IMG/VR virus record: IMGVR_UViG_3300037247_000655
Span: 64,001 to 128,000 of that record
DNA: 64,000 nt
Strand: one strand, 5' to 3'
Origin: a virus
This document shows positions 36,251-45,927 of this stretch, one piece after another. The notes under the pieces were generated by a model, which saw only the letters and a list, made by a program, of their open reading frames with translations, did no database searches and was not told where the DNA came from. Positions within the stretch are counted from its first letter, which is position 1. Each line of letters opens with the position of its first letter. A program made the translations under genes and the position numbers.

Positions 36251-36811
36251 CTAAACCCTTAAGATAACCTCAATAAAAGCTTCTGCTCCCATCTGAGTTT
36301 GGTCAACGTTACCCAGTGAATAATCATAGTCCGTATCTACTATTTTTACAGACAATATGTCAACATCAAACTGTTTCAACCATGATTGAATGTGAATAGA
36401 TTTGGGCAACTGACTGCATGTCTTCATGGTGAAAGACCATAAATGACTTTTGTTAAAAGTACTGGGCCACTTGTCGTGTTCATATAATGTTTCGTCGGGG
36501 ACAGTAAAGAAAACAATCCCGCCCGGCCTTACAATTCGTATCCACGATTTAAGTGCTTGAGCAGGATCGCCGATGTGTTCTAGGCAATTCGATGAATAGG
36601 CGAAGTCAACACTGTCATCTTTCATTTCTCCCATCGTTTGAGCTTCATGGGCACTGCTATGGTGCAACTTATCATAAGGGATCACGTTGCCGTCAATAAT
36701 TTGCAGGATGTCTTTACCACATCCTATGTCTATTCCATTACCACAAAGATACCTATGAAAATATCCAGCTGCTAAGCGACGAGGATATCCTTTTCTTGTT
36801 TCGTTACTCAT
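36251..36811 (-). CDS. SAM-dependent methyltransferase (type 11)
   Basis: GIDIGCG; DFAYSSNCLEH; WIRIVRPGGIVFFTVPD. Confidence 0.9.
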   Translation of the reverse strand: MSNETRKGYPRRLAAGYFHRYLCGNGIDIGCGKDILQIIDGNVIPYDKLHHSSAHEAQTMGEMKDDSVDFAYSSNCLEHIGDPAQALKSWIRIVRPGGIVFFTVPDETLYEHDKWPSTFNKSHLWSFTMKTCSQLPKSIHIQSWLKQFDVDILSVKIVDTDYDYSLGNVDQTQMGAEAFIEVILRV

Positions 36812-37494
36812 AATTCCTCCTCTTGTACATGATGATATGGTGCCCACTCTGGTACAATTCGTTCACTATAAGATGGTGAGTCTAGAATATGCCGTATATA
36901 CACGCTACTTTGTATTCGTTGACTGACAGCCATTATACTTATTATTCCTTGAAATGTTGTGACGTGTTGGGCCATGCTTACAACACCAAGTGCTTCCAAT
37001 AAAGATGTTTTATTGGTTAAATTAATAACGTTATCGCCTTTTATCTTCTTAGCTGTCTCACTTGTTCCTAAAACTACAACTGGGTAGCATGAATTTTTAA
37101 TTGTTGTATCTATGATTTTTTCAGTCAATATTCTTTTTTGATCTGGTCTACCAGATCGTGGATTCAAGACAACATAATGTTCTGGTAAATCAGATACTTT
37201 AGGGAAAACAAAGTTTGGGAAGACACACCAGTCGTCTGGGGAAGATAGTATTTTACCAAATTTCTTATGAGGTGTAAAAGCAGAGTATATTCTTGGGTTT
37301 ATTGTGTCTGGTTTGTCTACAAACTCCACACGTATATTTGGCATTAACGAGTAAATTTGTCTAATCAATCCTTGCCATTTTTTGTTATCTGTGTGGTGTC
37401 TACATAGAATATGCTCTATCTTCGCAACGTGATATAGAATACATAAATTTATATATGTATCTCCAATTGTACCGCTACATCCGTAAGTTTTCAT
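36808..37494 (-). CDS. GT9 (heptosyltransferase)-like protein
   Basis: GTIGDT; YVVLNP; VINLTNKTSLLEALGVV. Confidence 0.7.
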   Translation of the reverse strand: MKTYGCSGTIGDTYINLCILYHVAKIEHILCRHHTDNKKWQGLIRQIYSLMPNIRVEFVDKPDTINPRIYSAFTPHKKFGKILSSPDDWCVFPNFVFPKVSDLPEHYVVLNPRSGRPDQKRILTEKIIDTTIKNSCYPVVVLGTSETAKKIKGDNVINLTNKTSLLEALGVVSMAQHVTTFQGIISIMAVSQRIQSSVYIRHILDSPSYSERIVPEWAPYHHVQEEEL

Positions 37495-38455
37495 CTTGTA
37501 ACTCCTTGAGCGAACACACGGCAGTACCGGTTTTACCCACGACAATTCCTGCCGCCAGGTTGCTTAATTTGACAGCTTGTTGCAAATTGTAGTCATTGGC
37601 GACACAAGCTGCAAAAGTGCTTAATACAGTATCTCCTGCTCCTGTTACATCAAGTATCATTTGTGGATCATCTCGATTGATAGATATGTGTGCTGGGAAA
37701 ATATGTGACTGTCCTTCTTGATCAAGTAAGAAAATACCATCATGCGACATAGTGATTATAACCGCTTTTAAGTTGAATTTTTTCTTAATGGCGTGAGCCA
37801 AATCTTGTACTGTCTCATTATTGTCAGACACTACCAGTTGCTTAGCTTCAGCGAGGTTAGGTGTAATACAAAATACATCACAGAACAATTCACTATTGAC
37901 TGGCTTGATGTCACATATAATTGGACATACAAATGACGATCTGATTACTTTCATTACTTTATCCGTAACAGTTCCTTTAGCATAATCAGACACAACTATT
38001 ACATCAAAGTGTTGCTGTTGACTAAGTTTCTTTAGATGTTCTATCATTGTAGACTCATGTCTTTTTCTGTGCGATAAGGTTTTTATTGTTGAATCATCAT
38101 CGTATCGTACCATATGCTGTCTATTTGCAATAATACGTGTTTTAGAGATAGATGGAGCAGTTGAAAAAATTAAATTATTACATCCAATCAGATGTATCTT
38201 CAATTGTTGTTTTAGTTGATTTCCTGTGTAGTCGTCACCAATATACCCTACAAGTTTAACATTACATCCGAATGATTTAAGATTTACCGCCACATTTGCT
38301 GCTCCACCAGCAGCGACATTTTCTTTAGATATAAGAACAACAGGAACAGGTGCTTCTGGAGATATACGGGTAGCTGTACCATACTTGTAAATATCAAGCA
38401 TAATATCTCCAATCACTAAAATTCGTGCATCATTGAATGTCAATGATTGTGTCAT
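37475..38455 (-). CDS. rfaE1: Heptose-7-phosphate kinase (RfaE/HldE kinase domain, PfkB family)
   Basis: ILVIGDIMLD.Y.YG...RISPEAPVPV, GGAANVA.NL, SDYAKG, TPNLAEA, DVTGAGDTV, NLAAGIVVGKTGTA. Confidence 0.93.
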   Translation of the reverse strand: MTQSLTFNDARILVIGDIMLDIYKYGTATRISPEAPVPVVLISKENVAAGGAANVAVNLKSFGCNVKLVGYIGDDYTGNQLKQQLKIHLIGCNNLIFSTAPSISKTRIIANRQHMVRYDDDSTIKTLSHRKRHESTMIEHLKKLSQQQHFDVIVVSDYAKGTVTDKVMKVIRSSFVCPIICDIKPVNSELFCDVFCITPNLAEAKQLVVSDNNETVQDLAHAIKKKFNLKAVIITMSHDGIFLLDQEGQSHIFPAHISINRDDPQMILDVTGAGDTVLSTFAACVANDYNLQQAVKLSNLAAGIVVGKTGTAVCSLKELQDENLRM

Positions 38456-40086
38456 GCCTGTCTCCTCACAACAGAAATACCAAAGGTATAAAGTCCTCTT
38501 ACAGACCTCTCTTTTCTGTTTGCAATATCGACGTTGCTGAAGTCGGTGTCACCGACTCTTACAACCCCCATTTGCTTTAACGGTTTGAGGATTCGTTCTT
38601 CAAACGTCTCTGGGGTGTAAACCCTAGAATCTGTATGGGAACCAACAGGTCTATCCAAAACGATGGTCCTGTTTGCGTCTGGATACTCGATATATTTGTC
38701 GTAGAAATCCGTAGAGATCACCATAACGCCACCCGGTTTCAGATAACGAGCGAGATTCTGTATTGCCTTTGTATCTTCGTCAATGTGTTCAATGACACTT
38801 AGGTTAGTTATCAAATCAAATTGACCTTCTAGATCTTGGTCGAATTCTCTTAGGTCTCCGATGATACTCTTTACGCCAAACTTATCTCCAGTCTCATCTC
38901 TATAAGATCCATCAGAAACATCAATTGTTGTAACATTGTATCCCCTGTGTGACAGATAATATGGGAATACCGAGCGGGCACTACCTACATCTAGCGTCTT
39001 GCCTCTGATTCTGTGTCCTGAATATAACAAACTATAAGCATATTCGAACCACTTCAATTCATTACACTCTAACGAGTGTTCTATTCCAAATAATTTAATG
39101 TCTGCAAACAAACTCTCTATCTCAGGCAATTCCCTTTCTCTCTTGTCATAAAGCTTAGTCAACACTTGAGGCTTGGCGGTTTTATTCTTGACACACCCAA
39201 CCCTTGGGACATCGCACCAATTACACAGCCCATAATGACGACAAGTAACAGCTTTGTCTGGTACTGGCTTGAAGTTTTTAACATTACAGACCGGTCCAAT
39301 ATTGTAGTACATCTTATAATGACAGTGATAGTAGTCACCATTAGGCCCAATAATCAAGCTTCTTCTAGGATGAAAACACTGGGCTTCTTTTCCAGTTGCC
39401 TGTCCGCATATGTGTCTATAAGCAGCCAAGTCTGTTAAACCACATCTTTCCCCTACTCGCTTTAAGTCGTGATAATTTTCATCTGGCATCAAGTTCCCTT
39501 GATCAAAAGGAGCATTGAAACCATTTGCGTCATCATGAAATCCCAAGAACGAACCTTCGGTCATAGAAATATTTGCACTAACCTTTTTTATCTCATTTCC
39601 GTATTGTTCCATGACTCCTGGCGCATATACGAATGATGTTTGATCAACAAAGTATGAACCCTTTCTCCATTTTGCAATGACAGCTAAGTATTCATCTGCG
39701 GTAATGTGATTGGGATGAAATGTTGTGTTAATTCTAAGTGTCGAAGTTGGATGAACTTTGAACCTCTTGTCGAAATCGGGGTCTTTATAAAATGGACTTT
39801 TGCAGTTGGTCGTCATTGTGATGTTGTAGTTCTTCAGACCGTTTATGATTTCAACAATATCTGGATGTAGAGTCGGTTCTCCACCAATGATGGACAATTT
39901 TTGTCCATGCTCGTGTTCAACTCCGTTCCACCACTCCAGGATTTCCTTTCCACTCATTTCCTTTTGTGATACTCTACGACCTCTTCCATTGAGAATACAG
40001 AATGGGCATCCAGCACTACAACGTAGTGTGATCATATGCGCCCAATAACACCTCTGGTGATTATAATGTGATGGCAGCTTAGTCAT
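38452..40086 (-). CDS. Radical SAM (with Cys-rich SPASM/twitch-like region) fused to class I methyltransferase
   Basis: CSAGCPFC; GGEPTLHPD; IGPNGDYYHC...CRHYGLCNWC; LDVGSA..FDLITNLSVIEH..LKPGG. Confidence 0.85.
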   Translation of the reverse strand: MTKLPSHYNHQRCYWAHMITLRCSAGCPFCILNGRGRRVSQKEMSGKEILEWWNGVEHEHGQKLSIIGGEPTLHPDIVEIINGLKNYNITMTTNCKSPFYKDPDFDKRFKVHPTSTLRINTTFHPNHITADEYLAVIAKWRKGSYFVDQTSFVYAPGVMEQYGNEIKKVSANISMTEGSFLGFHDDANGFNAPFDQGNLMPDENYHDLKRVGERCGLTDLAAYRHICGQATGKEAQCFHPRRSLIIGPNGDYYHCHYKMYYNIGPVCNVKNFKPVPDKAVTCRHYGLCNWCDVPRVGCVKNKTAKPQVLTKLYDKRERELPEIESLFADIKLFGIEHSLECNELKWFEYAYSLLYSGHRIRGKTLDVGSARSVFPYYLSHRGYNVTTIDVSDGSYRDETGDKFGVKSIIGDLREFDQDLEGQFDLITNLSVIEHIDEDTKAIQNLARYLKPGGVMVISTDFYDKYIEYPDANRTIVLDRPVGSHTDSRVYTPETFEERILKPLKQMGVVRVGDTDFSNVDIANRKERSVRGLYTFGISVVRRQA

Positions 40087-40879
40087 CTAAAATTCCTTTG
40101 TCTAGCAAAGTATCAACATTTTGTACCACTTCTTTTGGAGATGGCACCCTATTCTGACAAATAAACTCTACCGGAGTGTTAAACGGATTCCATAGTTTCT
40201 TGTATCTTTTTTCGAGTGTGTGGTGTATGGATGCTATCCATGTAACATGAGGACACCCACATAAACTTGCAAGATGTATGGGTCCGCTACTTGGTCCGAC
40301 AACACACTTTGCTGAGGATATTGCGCTGCACTGTTTTTCCAGTGATTGGCCTCTCAAATCTTCTGCACCATCTGGACAATAATTATCGACACCTCCGAAA
40401 CAAGCAACAGATAAACCCCGCGATATTAGTATTTCAACCAAATGTTGACATTTACCAAAGGGATATTGTTTACCTGATATTATTTTCCCATCAATACGTT
40501 TAATAGGGCGAAATGCACATAAAACATCAGCTACATACCCTGGAGATTCTGGTGACAAGTTTCTCCATAATCGCTTGGTCGATATTCTTTCTGGTTCATC
40601 ACTGTGTTTGGCAAATTCTTTGTGGGGCGACAATGTTTTATCTGCATTTATTATTGGATAATCACCCAATAGCTGGCCATCACAATAAGAAGTACCAATA
40701 GTATCAAGTGGTATAAATTTGTCTGCAAATTCATATAAGTATTGTGACCCTTTTGGCGCTGCGACTATTACATGATTATATTTTTTAGCATGATATCTCA
40801 CCAATGGATTATAAAAACATAATTCCCATCCAAATTCCCCAACCCAGGGTTTACAATATAATGCTGTCATTCTTTTCAC
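40079..40879 (-). CDS. GT9-like glycosyltransferase
   Basis: GEFGWE; AEDLRGQSL; CVVGPSSGPIHLASLCGCPHV. Confidence 0.78.
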   Translation of the reverse strand: MKRMTALYCKPWVGEFGWELCFYNPLVRYHAKKYNHVIVAAPKGSQYLYEFADKFIPLDTIGTSYCDGQLLGDYPIINADKTLSPHKEFAKHSDEPERISTKRLWRNLSPESPGYVADVLCAFRPIKRIDGKIISGKQYPFGKCQHLVEILISRGLSVACFGGVDNYCPDGAEDLRGQSLEKQCSAISSAKCVVGPSSGPIHLASLCGCPHVTWIASIHHTLEKRYKKLWNPFNTPVEFICQNRVPSPKEVVQNVDTLLDKGILDD

Positions 40880-41505
40880 CCTCTCGTTGGAGTTGTTAAT
40901 GCCTTATTAATTGACCAATGACCCCTAACGAGTCGCTCTCGTATAGTCCTTTTGTTAATACCGGTTTCTTCTGCCCAAGCCGAGATGCATTGCGTTTTTT
41001 TGTTAAACGTAATCATATAATTACTACGTTTATTTCTGCTATTTTCTTTGGGTGTTGTCCATCGACAATTTTCTTTACAATAATTTCCATCGTTGTCGAT
41101 TCTATCTATCTGCAAACCAATTGGGACTTCACCCATATCATCTAAGAAATTCTTAAATTTTTTCCATCGATCACAGATAATGATCCCTCTGCCACCATAA
41201 TTCTTCCAATGCTGATCATTTTGGTTGGTACATCTTTGTATAATGCTTGACCATACATTGTAAGTTTTTCTTGTTCTACCAGCATCGTTTTTTGTATGGC
41301 CGTGTTTAACATTGTTACCTTTTCTACGTAGACATCCGCAGCTTTTAGTATTACCTCTTTTCAAACTATTCCCACAAATTATCTTTTCATTGCCACAATC
41401 ACATTTACACAGCCATTCATAATGACCATCACTACTTTTCCCTGTCGGCTTAATCACGACTAATTTATTAAATTTCTTACCAGTTAGATCTATAAAATTT
41501 GACAT
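40876..41505 (-). CDS. HNH-type free-standing homing endonuclease
   Basis: DLTGKKFNKL..WLCKCDCG..KSCGC..YGGRGI..IDRIDNDGNYCKENCRW; paralog of 294..935. Confidence 0.87.
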   Translation of the reverse strand: MSNFIDLTGKKFNKLVVIKPTGKSSDGHYEWLCKCDCGNEKIICGNSLKRGNTKSCGCLRRKGNNVKHGHTKNDAGRTRKTYNVWSSIIQRCTNQNDQHWKNYGGRGIIICDRWKKFKNFLDDMGEVPIGLQIDRIDNDGNYCKENCRWTTPKENSRNKRSNYMITFNKKTQCISAWAEETGINKRTIRERLVRGHWSINKALTTPTRG

Positions 41506-41511
41506 AATATA

Positions 41512-42249
41512 TCATCTTAAAGTATGACCATCTCTAGTATATATTGTCACACCATTTCTATCAATGACCCTATTGACGTTTAGATGATCCATCAACATAT
41601 TGAGGTGATATTGCATACGTTTATTCCTGTGATTAAAATAGTTTTGATCTCTAATTGGCATATGCCCAGTGACTATACCAGGAGTATACACAATATTCAA
41701 CTTCCCTAAAGCACGACAAAAAAACGGAATATGATCACATGTCTTGAACAAAGCACTCCATCCACCAATTCCCCTGATCTTTTCTGTTCTACCCATCCAG
41801 AACTGAAGAACAATATCCCATAGATCAAAGTTTCTTAGTCGACTGCGCGGATTTGGCTTAAAAATAAGCGCATTGTCTTCTATGTGGAGTGAACTTTGAT
41901 ACTGGGGGTGGCCATCAACTTGTCCTCCTACAATGTCGATTTCTGTATTGTTTTCGAGAATTTCCAACCATTTTGATAATTGTGTCCTGTCATTAAAAAT
42001 AAAATCATCATCAAGAGTTACTACATACGGCGTATCAACCTTACTAAGTGCAAGATTACGGCCAGCCGAAACACCACTATCGTACGGCATTAATAGATGT
42101 TCTGCTCCTGTAATAGAATGTGGTTTAGCACTGTCATCTGCTACAATTATTCTAATATCAGGATACATCATTCTGATGCTATAAATCAGCCTATCTACAC
42201 ATCTAGGTCGTTCAAATGTTTTGACTATCAGAGTTACTTTGTCTCGCAT
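41512..42249 (-). CDS. Glycosyltransferase family 2
   Basis: VTLIVKTFERP; IIVADDS; GVSAGRN; VTLDDDF (DxD). Confidence 0.88.
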   Translation of the reverse strand: MRDKVTLIVKTFERPRCVDRLIYSIRMMYPDIRIIVADDSAKPHSITGAEHLLMPYDSGVSAGRNLALSKVDTPYVVTLDDDFIFNDRTQLSKWLEILENNTEIDIVGGQVDGHPQYQSSLHIEDNALIFKPNPRSRLRNFDLWDIVLQFWMGRTEKIRGIGGWSALFKTCDHIPFFCRALGKLNIVYTPGIVTGHMPIRDQNYFNHRNKRMQYHLNMLMDHLNVNRVIDRNGVTIYTRDGHTLR

Positions 42250-44609
42250 TCTTGCACCTCTTTGAATTCTTCGTCTAACACAGAATCTGCTGATTCTCCA
42301 TTAATTAGATCCATCGCTTTCCATAGCTTATCCAACGCTACGACCCCCAGAAAATCGAATTTCACCGCCCCCATAGCTTCTGCATCAGACATCTCTAGAC
42401 CGACAACTCTATCTTTATTTTTGGCATCATAAACCATTGGTACAAGTTCTTCTATGGGCCTATCTGCTATAACGACACCAGCAGCATGTTTTGATTGTGA
42501 TTTTTTAGTACCTTCGATTCTCATAGCCTGATCAAACAACGGCTTATACCACTCGTAAGCATCTTTTACTTGTTCAATATGGTGTATCGCCCATTGTAAG
42601 ATACCATAATCGTCACCATGATCTTCTCTTGCTTGCCTTAACTCATCAGATATAGACGCCTCATCAGGTATATGACGTGTAATATCGTTACATAAATCAT
42701 GGGGAGTCATACATATATCATCTGCGTTCTTTCCCTCTTTGATTGATTTCACTTTCATAAGATGCTTGACAGTATCTGGATGAGCACGGAACACTTCTTT
42801 CAAAGCTGCTTTACCCTGGAGTCTTCCGAACGTAATCATTTGCGCAACGTATTCTTCACCCCATCTCTTTTTCAGATACGTAATGACTTCGTTGCGAAAC
42901 ACAACCCCTATATCCGTATCAATATCAGGAAGGCTAATATGACCCTTATGGATAGTTACATCTTTGTTGGTGTCCAATTCACAAGATTCAACTATTGTTA
43001 TACCAAGACCATGTGCCAAATGTGAGTTAGATGGATTAGTAGACGGCTTCTCTTTGATCATATCAGCCAAGTACATCCACATACGAGAATTATTGGCATC
43101 AATCCATTCAACTTCCTTCCTCATCATATCCGTAAACACCACGGGGTCAAATGGATCTTTACAATATTGTTCTATTCGTCCAGCCAGGTGAAGAGAGACA
43201 TATTTCCTGTCTGAGTCTATATCCCTTGTGTGTAATAGTTCAAAGTTATCAGACATCCAAGACATGAAACTAGTATGCCCGACATCAAAGTGAGGTGGTA
43301 TGTTACGACTCATATTATAGAATCTTTCAAAATACAAACCGTATTTGATCGGATCTATTCCTGTTATTCCTGTTAGATAATTGATAAGTGATCCTGCTCC
43401 AGAACCTCGTCCCTTGCCTCTTGGTCCGTTGGATTCGTCTACGAACTTACATGCATCCCAAACTATAAGAAAATAATCTGCTAATCCGGCCTCTTGGATG
43501 ACTATGAGTTCCCTTTTTAATCTTTTCCAATATGTAGCCTTTTGTGATTGATCAAGATGGGACAACTTTTCCTTAGCACCTTCTATACACAGGTGTTTGA
43601 GATATTCTATAGAATTCATGCCAAGTTTTTTAGACTCATCATTTGTAAAAATTGGCAAATACGGATTATGGCCAAGCGATGAGTATTCTATACGATCTGC
43701 TATGTCTAATGTCGCTTGCAGTTCTGCTTCCGTAAATGTCTCCCGCATTTCTTCGTATGACGGTATATAGTACTTATCAGAAACAAAAAAGTCCATTACA
43801 TCTTGGCCGGTGGAGATTTTGTAGTCTTGCGCCTCTTTTGTTGTATGGAGACTTGCATACAAAAGCAATCGTTGGTCCTCAGCATCTTCTTGTCTACAAT
43901 AATGGGCATCAATGGTGGCGACTGTGGGAACACCAGTTTCTATACTTAGCTCACGGAGACATTCGACAACCACAGTTTGAATTCCCATCGATTCGTCCTG
44001 TAATTCTAAATAATAATTGTCTTTTCCGAATATCTCTATATGCTTTTGAATTATTGCTTTGCCAACTTCTAACCAATCTGGTTTTAGATACTTTCTAGCC
44101 TCAGCAACATTGTGATTACGACCAGCCATGATAGCTTCTTTAAAATCTATAAACAGCTCCATAGATAACTCCCCTGCGATGCACGCAGTCAGGAATATGA
44201 GATTTCTACGTTTTGCGAATTTAGCTATGCCAGTCAGATCTATTCTAGGTTTTCGATAGAAGTGGTCCGGTTTATTAGTTTCAGATACCAACCGCATTAA
44301 ATCTTCGATTCCTTGATCGTTTTTAGCAAGAACTATTAAGTGATGTCTTTTGTTGTTGGCGTTGTTTTTTATAGTTGGGTCTTGTTCACAGACATATAGT
44401 TCACATCCGATAATGGGTTTGATTTTTGCTTTTCGTGCTGCATCATAGAATGTCTTCATACAGCTTATATTTCCATGGTCTGAAATTGTGCAAGCAGGAA
44501 GTCCCAACTCAACACATCTGTTAACTATGTCTTTTGGTGAACAAAGTCCGTCCAATAAACTAAAGTATGAATGTAAATGAAGTGGGACATATGTTTTTGT
44601 ATTATTCAT
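42234..44609 (-). CDS. dnaE: DNA polymerase III alpha, N-terminal half (PHP, palm, thumb)
   Basis: LHLHSYFSLLDG, SDHGN, IGCE, TIDAHY, GRGSGAGS, FERF, PDIDTD, SKHAAGVVI, KFDFLG; ends shortly after KFDFLG. Confidence 0.93.
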   Translation of the reverse strand: MNNTKTYVPLHLHSYFSLLDGLCSPKDIVNRCVELGLPACTISDHGNISCMKTFYDAARKAKIKPIIGCELYVCEQDPTIKNNANNKRHHLIVLAKNDQGIEDLMRLVSETNKPDHFYRKPRIDLTGIAKFAKRRNLIFLTACIAGELSMELFIDFKEAIMAGRNHNVAEARKYLKPDWLEVGKAIIQKHIEIFGKDNYYLELQDESMGIQTVVVECLRELSIETGVPTVATIDAHYCRQEDAEDQRLLLYASLHTTKEAQDYKISTGQDVMDFFVSDKYYIPSYEEMRETFTEAELQATLDIADRIEYSSLGHNPYLPIFTNDESKKLGMNSIEYLKHLCIEGAKEKLSHLDQSQKATYWKRLKRELIVIQEAGLADYFLIVWDACKFVDESNGPRGKGRGSGAGSLINYLTGITGIDPIKYGLYFERFYNMSRNIPPHFDVGHTSFMSWMSDNFELLHTRDIDSDRKYVSLHLAGRIEQYCKDPFDPVVFTDMMRKEVEWIDANNSRMWMYLADMIKEKPSTNPSNSHLAHGLGITIVESCELDTNKDVTIHKGHISLPDIDTDIGVVFRNEVITYLKKRWGEEYVAQMITFGRLQGKAALKEVFRAHPDTVKHLMKVKSIKEGKNADDICMTPHDLCNDITRHIPDEASISDELRQAREDHGDDYGILQWAIHHIEQVKDAYEWYKPLFDQAMRIEGTKKSQSKHAAGVVIADRPIEELVPMVYDAKNKDRVVGLEMSDAEAMGAVKFDFLGVVALDKLWKAMDLINGESADSVLDEEFKEVQECETK

Positions 44610-45555
44610 TATCTACTCCCGGTTTTCCAATTGCTAGCTGCTGTTCGTATGTCAACTTGGCATATTTGTTTTTCACAAAGTCTCCTCCAGAAGTATGTAA
44701 ATCGCTCCACACCCTATCACAGATACCATTGCGACCGAAAGAACACATCTTACAAGACCAGTGCTTATTTCTTCGTATCAACGTATCGTTCTTTACAGTT
44801 CTTAAAAAGTCATAGAGAAACTCGACGGTACCAATAAGATCATTGCGAGATAATGCAATTGTTATTGGGCCACCACTATTAGCATAAAAGAAGGTGATAA
44901 TTATATTCTTGTATTGTGGATAAAGAAAGAATGCTGCTAGGTGGTATAGTCTAGGTTGTACTTCTCTCATCAGAACTTTTTCGTCAATTGGTTCCTGTGT
45001 ATGAAAATTTGTTCTATTACCAGATTTCCAGTCTATTATTTCTAAAGTATCTTTGTCTATTTCACGGGTTAGATCAATGAAACCTCGCACAGTAAACTGT
45101 TTCTCTTCTCCTTCATTATTTGAGCATTTCCATTCTTCTCCAGGCATCTCCAGAGAAAACCATTGTTCTGCTTCTAATACATCTACTAAATAGGGATTAT
45201 AAAATTCATCAGCAAGTACGGTCTCAAGAGCAACTCTACACTTCTTGAAGTCAGCAGCTTCCTTTAGGGCACCAGTTTCTCTATCTACACGAGTAGTAAC
45301 TTTCCTGATCTGTATTTCTGGAGAATTTTGAGTGTGCTCGTCCCATGCTCTATTCAGCAACCACATCGGATCAACATTGGTTTTGCCACGTTTTTTTAGC
45401 CGAGCCATCCATTCCAGAGCCTGATGTATGATGCTACCCTGAAGAGCCGCCTTACCAGTTTTAGATTCTAGACCTAAAAGGTAATGCAGATAATAAGCGA
45501 ATTGGCAATGATTATATGTCCCAATTGCACTAGAGCTACATCTTACAATTTTCAT
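44602..45555 (-). CDS. PD-(D/E)xK exonuclease (Cas4/AddB-like)
   Basis: SSSAIGTYNHC..GSIIH..RGFID..IIDWKSG..QPRLY..CKMC..C. Confidence 0.85.
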   Translation of the reverse strand: MKIVRCSSSAIGTYNHCQFAYYLHYLLGLESKTGKAALQGSIIHQALEWMARLKKRGKTNVDPMWLLNRAWDEHTQNSPEIQIRKVTTRVDRETGALKEAADFKKCRVALETVLADEFYNPYLVDVLEAEQWFSLEMPGEEWKCSNNEGEEKQFTVRGFIDLTREIDKDTLEIIDWKSGNRTNFHTQEPIDEKVLMREVQPRLYHLAAFFLYPQYKNIIITFFYANSGGPITIALSRNDLIGTVEFLYDFLRTVKNDTLIRRNKHWSCKMCSFGRNGICDRVWSDLHTSGGDFVKNKYAKLTYEQQLAIGKPGVDNE

Positions 45556-45857
45556 ATGTAGAAACTCCTAAAATATATCTCTAGAGCCGGAACACAATGG
45601 CAATACGATGGGGGAAATTCTAGAGTGTAACAAGCTGCACTAACAACCTGTGAATTGCTTAATAATAACGAACCCCTAATTGCTATGCGTCTCCGAAATC
45701 TATTCCATTTAGACAGGAGAGGCATATTCACTTTTGGCCAATGTTTATCAATGAATATCTTCCACCACAATACTTCAAATCTGAAAATAATTTCACCTAT
45801 ATCATGAGTCATCCAGTTCCTGTGCGATCCGTGATAGTTCCTGAACAATACCCTCAT
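45552..45857 (-). CDS. Hypothetical protein
   Basis: 101 aa filling gap, ATGA overlap with downstream gene. Confidence 0.45.
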   Translation of the reverse strand: MRVLFRNYHGSHRNWMTHDIGEIIFRFEVLWWKIFIDKHWPKVNMPLLSKWNRFRRRIAIRGSLLLSNSQVVSAACYTLEFPPSYCHCVPALEIYFRSFYI

Positions 45858-45927
45858 TGATATGGTTCCTGTTTATTCTGACGACTCCGTCTCTCGCGAT
45901 TCAAGGCCATCAATTACACGAGGAACT

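Noticed and set aside
30284-44609. Trans-splicing split intein or group I intron joining the dnaE halves
   Set aside because: No intein N-terminal block at the end of the N-half and no HN/C at the start of the C-half. Gaps next to both halves are 40 nt or less, too short for an intron core.
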